Of a stretch of 64,000 nt of DNA, positions 13,031 through 24,909 are shown one piece after another. The position numbers and the translations under genes are program-made. Positions within the stretch are counted from its first letter, which is position 1. Each line of letters opens with the position of its first letter. Location: assembly GCA_023515725.1 (NCBI GenBank), contig JALDTO010000155.1, forward strand, positions 655,147 to 719,146, in the 5' to 3' direction. Below the pieces are notes generated by a model. The model was given only the letters and a program-made list of their open reading frames with translations. It was not told where the DNA came from and made no database searches. This stretch comes from Amoeboaphelidium protococcarum X5 (Eukaryota; Fungi; Aphelidiomycota).

Positions 13031-13577
13031 TCATCCAGCATATGCCACGGCTTTGATCTCAATTAGCAGCTTTGGCGAAGGGAGTTCTTTCACAGCCACA
13101 GTGGTTCGGGATGGTCCTACAACAACAAACTCAATGAATACTTTTATGAAATTTATTGCCATAGCGATATTAAAAATACCTGTCTGAGCATCAAAGAATT
13201 CATTGTAGACTTGGTTAAATTCCGCGTAATGCTTCATGTCCACCAGGAACACGGTAAGATCAACCACGTTCTTCAAAGTAGCACCGGCGCCTTTCAAAAT
13301 AGCTTCAATACTACACACCAAAATTGCAATAAGATTATCTTGAGACAGACTCAGATAGATTAAGTTACTTTTAAATGACTGCGCGCGTTTAAGCCTTAAT
13401 GTCCAAAGTGAGAGTTCCATCGGCATTCTCAATCACCCCTTCATACGTATTATCCAGACGACGTGATGAAATTCCAGACACGTAAATCATTCCATTACAA
13501 ATTCTAGCGTGCGGATAGCGAGCAAGCGCTGGTGCTCTATCCTGCATAATAATGGCTTTGCCGTTGATTTCACTCAT
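13031..13577 (-). CDS. RidA/YjgF-family protein, 2-aminomuconate deaminase type; 2 introns
   Basis: ALARYPHARICNGMIYVSGISSRRLDNT...VDLTVFLVDMKHYAEFNQVYNEFF...GPSRTTVAVKELPSPKLLIEIKAVA; the YPHAR/SGxSSRR/RTTVAV pattern matches the AmnD/NbaF-like subgroup. Confidence 0.85.
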
Positions 13578-13886
13578 GATTACAACTTGATAGATTAGTT
13601 CGACCTGTAAGTAGGTTTGCTGTTTCTTTGTAGAAGAAGAGGCTGCGATGATATAAACGAAAGATACAGAAGACAGTGACATGCAAAACTTCAAGAATAC
13701 GCTAGTAGATATATGGCTAATAATCGCTTAAAATGAACAATTTAATAATAACTCAAATATTGCTAAAGACTGTGATATAGTTAATGACCAGATTCCATGT
13801 AGGTGTTTTCGCTGAGCCTCTTTTGAAACGTTTCCCACACTATCAGTTCTCCTTCCCAAAGCAGCAGTTCTCGGTGATCAACCAAA

Positions 13887-15444
13887 ATGAGACAATTGAG
13901 AAATTTTTTTGACAACAATTTTGTGGAACCAAGCACTAAATGTTATATAGACTCTATTAATCCAGCGAATGGAGAGGTATCTTTTTTTTAAAGGTTCTGA
14001 ATGAATAGAATCGCTTCATGATTTACATCAAGTATGATTGTAGGTGATTGCTTAGATTCCGGATTCTGCTGCCGGCGATGTTGATAGCGCAGTATAAGCT
14101 GCATCGAATGCATTCAAAACTTGGTCCAAGACCACACGCTAGTAACGTTCAGATATTTTGCATAAGATTGCTGATGCGCTTGAGCAGAGATTAGTGGAGT
14201 TTGCGATGGCTGAGAGCCAAGATCAAGGTAAACCTGTCACGCTCGCTCTCAGCGTGGACATTCCCAGGGCAATATACAATTTCAGATACTTTGCTGGTCG
14301 TATTCTTTACTAGAATGATAAGAAGGCTGATCTTGATGGTGTGGCGATGAGTTACACTTAACGAGTACCTATCGGAGTAGCAGGTCTCATCAGTCCATGG
14401 AATCTGCCGCTGTACTTGCTCACATGGAAGATTGCGCCTTGTATTGCTTACGGTAATACTTGCGTATGTAAACCAAGTGAATTTACTAGTGTGACTGCGT
14501 ACATGCTTTGCGAAGTTCTACAGCAATGTCAGCTGCCAGCCGGTGTTGTGAATATGGTGTTTGGTTACGGACACACTGTGGGGTAGGCCATTGTAACTCA
14601 TCGCGACGTCCCTCTAATATCGTTCACTGGAGGCACAGCGACTGGCGAAATTATTGCTAGACTTGCGGCTCCTATGCATAAAAAATTATCATTGGAACTG
14701 GGCGGTAAAAATGCTAATATTGTATTTGAAGATGCGGACATGGACCAGTGTATTGCTACCACCATCCGATCAAGTTTTAACAATCAAGGAGAGATCTGTC
14801 TATGTGGATCTAGAATTCTCGTGCAGCGTAGTGTTTATAAGCAATTTGTTGAGAAATTTGTAGCCTTGATCAAAGACAATGTGATAGTGGGAGACCCTTT
14901 GGACCGCAGTCTGAATAGCGGCGGGTAGAAGTTGCATGTCGGAGCAATCAACTCTAAGCAGCACTTTGACAAAGTTATGTCCTATATTCAGAAAGCCAAA
15001 GATTTGAACGCGTAAATTGTTCATGGTGGCCACTCTATCAAAAACATCCATCCACAAGGCTTATTCATAGAGCCAACGGTAGTTTTAACTGAGCCATTGG
15101 ATTCCAAATTCTCTACATTGGATCATCAATCGTGCGCCTTATGTCAAGAAGAAGTTTTCGGTCCGTTTGTTACCATAACACCTTTTGATAGTGAGGAACA
15201 CGCTATCACTCTTGCCAATAGTACCAAGTATGGTTTGAGCGCCACTGTGTGGACTGAGAATGGCAAGAGATAGAGAAGAGTCGCCGAGCAACTGCAAGCC
15301 GGCACAGTATGGGTAAACTGCTGGATGACGCGTGATCTCAACATGCCATTTGGTGGTATGAAGCAGAGTGGACTTGGTAGAGAAGGTGGTGATTACTCAA
15401 TTGACTTTTTCACCGAACTGAAGACTATTTGCCTCAAGAATTGA
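13887..15444 (+). CDS. ALDH8A1: 2-aminomuconate 6-semialdehyde dehydrogenase (ALDH8A1 family); intron 13977-14043
   Basis: ESQDQGKP...VDIPRAIYNFRYFA, SPWNLPLYLLTWKIAP, LELGGKN, FNNQGEICLCGSRI, NCWMTRDLNMPFGGMKQSGLGREGG. Confidence 0.92.
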
Positions 15445-15567
15445 ACCACCACCTACTACGAAGTGGGAATACTGTCTGAAATGAATTAGCTAAGAGCGAG
15501 TCCGTATAATTAGGACATATCATACTTTTGATTATAAATACTCCATTTCAGAATAAAAGTTATTCAC

Positions 15568-16130
15568 TCAAGCGTAATTTAGTCTGAACACGTCATTGAA
15601 CACGAACCAATTGCCAGATCCATCATTGTTCAGTTGAAATACTTGACTGAAGAATTATGGATTAGACTCATTGTCAACCTACACAACCATGCTCATAAAG
15701 ATCACCCGGATATAGAAACACTAAGATTAATAGTATTAACTTACCAGCAATTAACCAGTGACGGCAACTAAAATTGAATTTCCAGAGGTGTTTCCAGGCT
15801 GGACATCCACAGTGGTCACCTTGTGTGCAACTTTTTGAAATGGCAGACTCTACACGGATAGTGTGAACTCTCATCCAGTAAATAATTAGTATAAACTTAC
15901 CGATAGCTTTTCAACAATCTTGTCGCTGCCTTAAAACTCTTGACCTTCAAAAGTGAGCATCGACTGAGCTTTCTACAATATACATTGTGCACATAGTGAG
16001 AGTATTTCGCGCATCAATAATTAGATCAGCAGTACTGTCTTACGTATAGCGGTGCCAAGTTGGCGCGGGATGCATCGAAAGTGCTATAGTAGTACTTGAC
16101 AAATTCGTTAGCGATAGCTTTAGCGTCCAT
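15568..16130 (-). CDS. NTF2: Nuclear transport factor 2; 3 introns
   Basis: IANEFVKYYYSTFDASRANLAPLY|KAQSMLTFEGQEFQG...LPFQKVAHKVTTVDVQP...VTGQLL|VDNESNPQFFSQVFQL...FVFNDVFRLNYA. Confidence 0.95.
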
Positions 16131-16424
16131 ATTGATTATTTGCCTTAAATGTTCAGTTCGAGTGCTTTTTCAAATTCGTGATAAATGCAATAAAAAGCTA
16201 CTTGATCAAGCGGTCGAGATCTTTTTGACGCGAGCGAGGTGTCAGAAGATTTAATGTAGCGTAACTCTGAGTTGGAGAAACAAATAAGGGATGGAAAGTA
16301 ATTAACATGACAATGATCGTTTATTCAATCTGAAAACTGAATATTATGGCGACATTTAATATAGATCATAGTCCGCAGTCTCTGAAGTGCCGGCAAAACT
16401 TCAGCACTGAAAATTGTAAATTGA

Positions 16425-17216
16425 TCATTCAAGCTACTAACCACCATTATAATTCTGCACCTTAGCCTTCTTAATCTGAGCAGAAAATACAGTTTTCATG
16501 GAGCACTTCTCGTAGATATCCAAATACCAGTCCAGATCATTGGCGAATATCATGGAGAAGTCTGAAGTTTGAAACAAATCTCCTAGATTCATATTGAAAG
16601 CGATCGGTTTAGAGTTCTGAATGAGCATGGACAGAGTGGAAGACCTTATGATAGTCTCCAACTTATTTTCAGATTCGATAGTACCATCCAGCACGTTGAA
16701 ACGCGTTATTTTAAAGACGAGCTTGATAGACTTTTCAAAATCATCAGCATTGACAGAATAACAGAATATTTTGGCCATTCTTGAATGATCTTGTCGCATC
16801 ACTTTATTGTAAAATTCAATTTCGCTGATTTGAATGTTGAGATTAGTAATCGAATGAATGTTCTATGTGATTTTGACAGATTCCAAGTAGCTCTAACGTT
16901 GTTTGACCACTTTCTCGCCCACAGAACTTGGAAGGTACCAGATAATCTAAGGGCGACCAGCGAATTCCAGTTTCAGTCTTTAGAACGTGTACATATTGCG
17001 TGAAGTCTATTAGAAGAGCTCATTCAGATCCAGCGAGACTTTTTTACTTCTAGTTGTCTAGCTGGCTGAACCGAACTCTTCCAACTCTCGGTATTCTTGC
17101 ACGCGGTTCAGGATTGAGGGAGTTTCAGACTTGATTTCAGTGTCATCCCATTGAGGCGGTGGATCCATACAATGGATTCCCTGCAATGCTACAATAAAAA
17201 GGATTTGCCAGATCAT
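16425..17216 (-). CDS. Hypothetical secreted protein (263 aa)
   Basis: Signal-peptide-like MIWQILFIVALQGIHC; continuous frame to TGA 16425; no family recognised. Confidence 0.65.
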
Positions 17217-17396
17217 TGTCGAGAAAGAGAATGGAATATAAGTGTATGCAATTGTTAAACAGAACTGATGTTTAGATGGTTGGGTGGAAATAAAGCACTC
17301 TGCGATCAATGAGGCGTGAGGCGGCCTCGCGTGAATGAAACAAGTGCCAGATAAATAGGTGGCTGGTGCGATTATAAGCTATCTAACGTTCAGAAT

Positions 17397-18325
17397 TCAT
17401 TTTAACCGCGATTCAGCCAACTTTATCATATCAGAGTAATAAAGTTGTCGTATGTTAAAATTCCACATTTCATTATCCTTCTCTACGTCCATAGAGTCGG
17501 GAATTAAACCAGAATTCTGATATTGACAAAACAATTCAGCATCGGCCACCATGGAGCGCGCCACAGTTCGCGCATCAATCGATTACATTCTAGATGGCAA
17601 TAGAATAGAAGGTACCCACATTACAAATGGAAGCATTCTGCAATTTTCTTCGATCCACCACAGAGCTTTCATATGTTTCTATTCAAGTTTAGAGCTGGAT
17701 GCTTTCTAACCATCCTTATTCATCACAATCAGTCTCTACTGATACTCTTCAAATGGTCGTTTGATCCACGCTGGTTTTACCAAAGTGAGATGATCAAAAT
17801 CTAATTCTTTAAGTCCAGCCTCAGCTTATCCTTTCAATTTTAGCATAGTACGCGTAGAAGTTGATAAAGTATGAACATAGCTGAGATATGAAAAGTATGG
17901 AACTTTTGCATATTATTTGCACCAGTTGGCAAACCACAGCGGTATTCTCACATCGGCTTCGTACTGTTGAATCTCGCTTTATAGATTTGGCTAGCGATTG
18001 CCTATGGTACAGAAAGCCACGTTTATCATGTCGTCATTTCTGGATATCTTGACTTTATCAAATGCTTTATTCTGAGTCAAATCTAACTTGATATGCTCAA
18101 CTTTATCCAGAGACGCGTCAACATCATCATCAGACTTTCTACTCCACATTCCAGGCCTTAGGCGAGACATTTGTATTATTTCCGCGCATCTAGTAGATAA
18201 TTGTAATTCTTTCACTAAGCACTACCCATCGCAAGATATATATTGAATAAAAGTTTATAATAATTCACACTCACCTTTCCCACAGCTCCTGTACCTCCCA
18301 AAACTAAAGCTCGATATTTCATCAT
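17397..18325 (-). CDS. HTATIP2/TIP30/Fmp52-like NAD(P)-binding oxidoreductase; 1 intron
   Basis: RALVLGGTGAVGK|CLVKEL...VAFCTIG...LKLKGQAEAGLKELDFDHLTLVKPAWI. Confidence 0.8.
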
Positions 18326-18359
18326 TAAAAACAGATTGCTGAATTGCACGAGAACTAAA

Positions 18360-18977
18360 ATGTAGGAAGTTAAGCGGAATGAGCAAATCGTAATTTGTAT
18401 ATGGATGGGAAAAAGTGGAACTGGGAAGAGTACTTTAGCATAAATAGCAGCCGATAAGCTAGGTACAGACTCGGAGCTGGTGATGATAGAGGGCGACGAT
18501 TTTCATTCTGAAGCTAACGTGTAAAAGATGCGGACTGGGATACCATTGGAGGATAGCGACCGGTGGCCATGGCTCAAGAGCATTGGATCCAAAATACTGG
18601 AAACTTGTGAGAAAGTTTAGAACTTAGATGGCGTCATTGTGACCTGCTCATGCCTCAAAAAGTCTTACCGTGATTACTTTCGTACTCTCGCCGCTTAGTA
18701 TATGTCTTCACCAGCTTGTGGCGACAAGTCAATAAAGATATACTTCTTCTATCTAAAGGGAAGTTTTGATCTTATACTTTAACGTGTGGATAATAGAAAA
18801 GGACATTTTATGGGAAGAAATCTACTCAAGTCGTAGTTCTAGACACTTGAAGATCCTGGATCTGATGGTCTGTCAGACGTATTCACGATTGACCTCGATT
18901 AATATTCGGATTACACGCCATAGTAGCTTCTCGAAAATGAATTGAACCGCATCAAGTAGTTGTTTCAGAAGAATTGA
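18360..18977 (+). CDS. IDNK: Gluconokinase (GntK/IdnK family)
   Basis: MGKSGTGKST P-loop, IEGDDFHSEANVQKMRTGIPLEDSDRWPWL, CSCLKKSYRD, RKGHFMGRNLLKSQFQTLEDP. Confidence 0.93.
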
Positions 18978-19179
18978 TATTTCATGCATGCGATGATTTA
19001 GATTTGTATCATACTCACTTTTGCCCTGAAATGGTAACGTTTCACGACGCGTCATCTGGTCCAGGTTGGAGGCGCTTCTGAAACAAGAAAGTACTCAAGG
19101 TGAAGATTGCCTATTAGAAATATCAAGCTGATATGTCGCTTTTATTTATCTTTTATATGATAATTAGCGTGTTTATAAA

Positions 19180-20763
19180 ATGAAAAGTTTGATATATACT
19201 CTATTTTGGCCTCTGACGCTGTCTTCTCCCCTGTAGCTTATCAGCACCAATGGGTAATCTTCTACTAGCTAAGCTGGACTGATGCAAACACTATATGCTT
19301 CCGATGTTGCACAGCAGTAGCAGTACGACAGTTTTATGGCGACCAACTTTTCGATAAATGTTATTGATTACTTCTTTGACGGTGAAGTGCGTAATTTGAA
19401 CAAGTATCTATCTGCCCAATTTGATTTGATTCCGAAACAGGTATTACTCATATATCAGTCTTTGTCTTACACCCTATTTGCTTTATACTCTGTGCTGTAG
19501 AACAAAAAATTTGTTGAAGTTGATGATGTGAGTAATTACTATAATCATTCAGGATCGCGAAATTCGGAGTGGTCTCATGGGGATCTTGACTCGATCTGGA
19601 GCGAGTTTAAACTGATGGATCATAATAACGATACCAAGGTCACCAGACGGGAGTATGTGAACTACCTATCTGAGAAGATACCCAAAGAAGGAGCTTAGGT
19701 GGCGCCATCTGTGTGTTTGGCTACAGAAGATCGCATACGACGAATGTGTCTAGCTACAGTCAACGCGAACAACAATATTGATGGTTTGAACTTGGCGGTG
19801 ACTGTGCAACGACTAAAATGTTTCACTGGAATCTCGTCCGCTTTCAAGTACACTGCAGAGAGATGTGTTGCATAGGCGTAGTCTTGTTCTGCTGTTTAAA
19901 GCTGCTTTGAACACTATTATCTGTCCAATATTCCGGAAGATGTACTCATGCGCTTACCGAAACTGACTGGTCCACCAGCGAATGACACAAAGCGAGTCAT
20001 AGGAGAACACGTTGCGATTGGTGGTTACTATGCTGCGCTACTAGCAACTTCAATTGCTGGCTTTTTTATTGCCTTCCCCTATTCACTGCTCACAATGATT
20101 CCTACCACTACCGTTGGTTTGACTGGAATGATCATAGCTATTCCGCACCGCGTCAACACCAGGATTGCTAATAAGATGGCCCTCACGAAATGGGATCCGA
20201 CTAATGATGGATTCGGAATATTTGACAAGATTGCAAATAAGACCAACATTCTAGCTCCCAACCCGCCGCCACCTCCTAAGCCCGAGTGTGACGTGTATCT
20301 ATACTGGAGCCAGTCATGCGCTGCCGTCTCGTCGCCGGAGAGCAGAGTTTGCAGCGATGGAGGATCATTAGTGGTGCGAGATAGCTGCAAAACTCACTTC
20401 TCTGCCGCTAGTAAGTCATGTGGAAAGATGCAAAGTTATGGTTGTCATTCTTTGTGTTACAATTCTGAATTGAAATCATGCACCGGAAAATTCAATTACA
20501 TGGACATTCCGTGCTCTGCTGCTATTCCAGATGATCTTGATTCGGAGATAAATCCAATTTTGACCGTTGGCTCTTTTCGTCAATGTTAACAACTTTGCAA
20601 TGAATCGTTACAAAAGAATGACACGTCGTGTGATGCGTTTACTTTTATAAGTAGTGAATGGAATGAGGACACGTCTAAGTGTATCCTCTATGATGCGTCT
20701 CGCGCTCCTGATATGTTATCTTATCCTGCAGCCACTGGATGCGTATTTGCTGCACCCAAATGA
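19180..20763 (+). CDS. Secreted multidomain protein: signal peptide, EF-hand, hydrophobic hairpin, Cys-rich and PAN/apple-like C-terminus; intron 19441-19500
   Basis: MKSLIYTLFWPLTLS; FKLMDHNNDTKVTRREYVNYL; about 40-aa hydrophobic stretch; PNPPPPPKP linker; CQQLC...CDAFTF...CILY. Confidence 0.7.
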
Positions 20764-21001
20764 TGAATAATGAATGATCAATGATACCCAATAATGTTTC
20801 AATCTTTGGAATTAATGTTTTTTATTCTTTTACACACATTATTAAATACAAAGTATTGTTAATGCGCACACCTTTTGTGCATACAGAAAGTATTGTAACA
20901 GTGATTCAAGCTCAAATGTCAATACTCATAGGCTTTTGTGGCCTTGATTGCTTCATTTTCATGCGCCACAGCAGGGTCCGACTAGTCTTATTGTAAGTAG
21001 T

Positions 21002-21358
21002 TCAGGGCGTGACATACGTGATAAAGTCTTTGTCTCTCTTAACCTTAGCAGGTTGTTAGATAAGCAACGCGTTTGAACTTGCCAAAGAGGAATTCGTCGT
21101 AACTAAAGAGGAGATTGCAGTCATCAAAGAAGCATTTACTTATTCCAATGAATGACTCATCTCTTTTATAGCCACTAATTCAGCCTCCAGCCGACTTAAG
21201 TTAATTTGCACCTGAGTATAATCATATTAATCCATGTTATTTGTTATCGTGTTTGAAACACAAGAAGGAGATTGATCCACTCCCGATGGAGTTGATACGG
21301 CATTGGATATGAAACGGGCTCTCACGTTGTCATTGAATCGTACAGCTTTAGGTGCCAT
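21002..21358 (-). CDS. Hypothetical coiled-coil protein (118 aa)
   Basis: ATG-TGA frame MAPKAVRFNDNV...LSRLEAELVAIKEMSHSLEQVNASL; no family recognised. Confidence 0.4.
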
Positions 21359-21495
21359 TATGCTTTTATAACGGGTAGACAGTAATTGAGTAAAATAAGG
21401 AGGATTTTATGAAAAATTACGTTAAAAATTTCTAATTTGGAATCTATTTAGATCTGTGATTTGATTCGAAGAAAGCACTCATTCCGTATGGTCCC

Positions 21496-21553
21496 GTTGC
21501 AACTGGATGTGTATTTTCTGCTCCAAAATAATGATTAGTGAATGATCAATGAT
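21496..21553 (+). repeat. Diverged copy of the last codons and 3'UTR of the 19180-20763 gene
   Basis: GTTGCAACTGGATGTGTATTTTCTGCTCCAAAATAATGATTAGTGAATGATCAATGAT aligns with 20728-20785 GCAGCCACTGGATGCGTATTTGCTGCACCCAAATGATGAATAATGAATGATCAATGAT. Confidence 0.8.
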
Positions 21554-21772
21554 ATTGGTGGATTTCCCGTTTTTAAATTAAATCTTTCTCTGTTATTAAA
21601 CACGCACCAGCAGGAGCACATATTATGTTTCGGCTGTTCAACAAAGCCTTTGTTGGTAGCTAGCTCTCTGACTTCAAACGAAGGGAAGATTTTCGGTGAA
21701 ACAGATCTAGACGCACCTTCACTCCTTCTACTGACTTACTTCTTTACTGGCGTTTAAATACTCATTTTGAAG

Positions 21773-22938
21773 ATGTCATTCACATCTAAATATCAAGAAT
21801 ATCTAGTTAAGAATACTGTCAATGACTTTTCAGAGTTTATAAGTGAGCACAAGAAGTAGATAAAAAAGCAAAAGAAGCCTGTATTGATGGTAAGTTGATA
21901 GTTGAAACTTATGTGAGTAATATTTGATAACGCAACCACATGTAGATTGAATTTTTCAAAGAATGCTTGTAAATTTTTACGTCTGAACTGGAACTTAATG
22001 ATAAATGGCGGACTGTGCCTGAATGTTATCTCTATATTGCAGCCAAGGTGAGGGACCATACCAATGCTCTTATGATCAAGGATGCCCAATTCCAAATCAT
22101 TCTGGCATTTCAACTTTTGCGATCTCTCTTCACATTAAGTAAATCTGTCAAACTCCAATTTAACTAATCTTTGCTGAAAGGCCATGGCACTTTGGATATA
22201 TTTTTGCCTTACCATATCGAAGAGCTATTTGGAGTGATAACCACGTACTTTAGTTGCAACTTCTATGGTGAATCTGGTGGTAATGAGTCTTTAAGTTATG
22301 AACACGAGCAATAATTTCTGGACAGAATACTGAAGAATTCTACATACTCAGAGGGTAGATTGGAGCAGCTGCATCGGAATTTGGAGAGTAAGTTCTCAAC
22401 TAATCTCTTTTCACCTGCCAAGACACAGCCTGGTAAGAGAATTAAGTCCTCAGGCAAGTAGTAGCATTCACACAGAAGAAAGTTATTGGCTGATTCTGAC
22501 CTCAACTGCTCCATTAATGAGAGTCTAATTGAATCTAATGCTGGTAAGTAGCGCGACACATTAAAGACTAATCTATCTAAAGTGTAAACAATTACAATGT
22601 CAAAAGTTGTCAAAGCTAAGAACCAGTCTCCCACCGTAAAGAGTAGGCGTTCAGATAAAAAAATGCATTTATTCAGTGCGTCAAAGTTTTATCATCAAGG
22701 TGATCAGGCACAGGCTAACAAGAGGAAGCGGCTGTAAGATTTATTCGTCTCTGAGACTCCAGTTAAATTATCAGCATAAAAATCTCACCCTAGTAAAAAG
22801 AAATTTCAAGGCTCATTGATTAATGAGAATGCAACACCTGATAGAACAAGACCAATCAAGTCTGGGCTCTTTGTTGAATGCACTCCCATTAAGAATTTTC
22901 AAGAGTTGCTCGCTGCTGAAACGCCATATGAAAAGTGA
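21773..22938 (+). CDS. Probable Sld3/Treslin DNA replication initiation factor; intron 21890-21945
   Basis: IKDAQFQIILAFQLL resembles the Sld3/Treslin core helix (IRExQLQIIL); C-terminus rich in CDK-type sites (VSETPVK, ATPDR, VECTPIK, AETPY). Confidence 0.55.
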
Positions 22939-23254
22939 CACGCTGATGATTAAATTGTATACTACTAAAACTTAGTAAACGAGAAATCATAGTATTGCTA
23001 TCGACCAAATTTCTGAATCTATACGCTATAAGACGACAACGCACAGTAGAGATCTTTCACAAGCCTATGTATACCATTCCATTCCATCATTCAATCATTT
23101 ACTTTAATCGCAACGAGAGCATTAGAGGGGAGCTTTTACCTGTAAGATTCACTCATATACTCGCTCGCTGGCTTTAGAAAATCTGATCATCTCCAGTCTT
23201 ACGTGTTTACCTCAAGAGCATCCGTTATAAAAATATCATTAAGCAGTATTTGGA

Positions 23255-24294
23255 ATGATGGCGAGTAATAGTATGTTATTGGGACGCGTCAATCTCCGCT
23301 GGCTGTGACTTAGACTCTGATGGTTTGTGACGCTATAAGGCAAATGTATCCAGATGATGATGTACAAATAGAAGTTAAGCACATCAAAACTACCGGAGAT
23401 AACGTACTTGATGTGCCTCTAAATAAAATTGGGCAGAAATCTTTGTTTACCAAAGAGTTAGAAGTGGCTCTTTTGAATAAACAAGTGGATTTGGTTGTTC
23501 ACTCTCTTAAGGACGTGTCGACCACTCTGCCAGACGTTCTCCATGTGGGAGCTGTTTTAGAACGGGAAGATCCGCGCGATGGGTTGATCTTACGCGCAGA
23601 TCATCCACTTACCACAGGTAAACTGGAATCACTTGTCCACCTGCCTGCTGGAACTGTACTGGGAACTTCATCTGCCCGTAGACTTGCTTAGCTGATGCAC
23701 ATGTTTCCGCAGTTGCAATTTAAAGATATTCGTGGAAATCTAAATACGCGCTTACATAAGTTGGACACTCTTATGAAAGAGTAGCCAGATGATGACTAGT
23801 ACGCGTACGATGGCCTAATTCTGGCATATGCTGGAGTTAAGCGAATGGGATGGGAGAGTAGAATTTCTCTTGTTCTTGAGAGTGATGCCGCCAGGAGTTA
23901 GTAGCCAGTTTTGTATGCAGTTGGTCAAGGCGCGTTGGCAATAGAATGTAGAGCGGAGGATATACGTGAAAATCAGTTTATCCGCACAGTGTGTGAGAAG
24001 TCGACGCATAAATCAACTTTGATGCGCTGTACCGCCGAGAGGACCCTGATGCGGCGATTAGAAGGCGGATGTTTCGTTCCTATCGGTGTTCATACATCCT
24101 ATGACTCTGGTGATAAGCAGCTGAATCTTTGTGCTGCAGTATGCTTTGTTGATGGAGCATAACGAATTGAAGCGTAGATGGTAAGGAAGTGCGATTCACT
24201 GGATTAAGCGCACCTGCTCGGAGATGAAGTTGCACAAGACTTACTTGACAAAGGCGCATCCGCTATATTATAATTAGTTTCTAGAAATACATGA
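23255..24294 (+). CDS. HEM3: Porphobilinogen deaminase (hydroxymethylbilane synthase); start codon unresolved
   Basis: YVIGTRQSPLA...KTTGD...KSLFTKELE...VHSLKD...GTSSARRLAQL...IRGNLNTRL...YAVGQGALAIECR...LEGGCFVPIGV. The nearest ATG (23255) is one base out of frame. Confidence 0.9.
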
Positions 24295-24909
24295 ACTTAT
24301 CACTTTTTGATGTTAATTTGCAATGGATAGGTTTTTTCTCACTACCTTAATCAGAGTTTTGAAGCTGTGGGTAAGCGGTCTAATATTTAGAATATCCATC
24401 TGAGAAATTCTAGTCGTTAGAATGTGAAAGTACAGCGAGCAGGTAATTTCAGCAAACCTGAAAACAACTTAGATATACAATATTAAGCATGTTGAATCAC
24501 CCAGAGCAATTAGCGAATGCGCAGCATGAGTATTGATGTTGTCTGCGCGCATTTTAATAGCTAAACACTGACTCGCGCGGACTTACTTAGAGTTAACTGA
24601 GCGATTCCATCAGCTAGAATGGAACAGCACATCAAGTAGATAACTTGAGCACAGTTGGAAACTACTTGGATATACACTTTTGACCATACTGAATTTCCCT
24701 ACGCAGTAAGCGAATGCTTACCATGAGTTTTACCGTTGTGAATGAGCAGTTTGACATTGAGACGCTTGCAGTGGCGCAATGGGCGGCTGCGCGTTGTCAA
24801 AACTGGAGTTCTCGCGGCTCTTAAAGTGTCACCAGTTAGTCTTTGACCGTATTCAAAACTACATCTATTCTCCAAAGGTGAATGTTTCAACATCACTCCT
24901 CATAACGTC

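Noticed and set aside
2-15444. NMNAT as part of a NAD/kynurenine cluster with ALDH8A1 and RidA
   Set aside because: It lies about 12.5 kb away with unrelated genes between and belongs to the competing pathway branch.
24300-24725. Possible minus-strand gene ATG|GTAAGC...GCGTAG|GGA AAT TCA giving MGNSVWSK
   Set aside because: It needs a 23-nt intron, far below the size range seen, and I could not build a coherent downstream exon structure.
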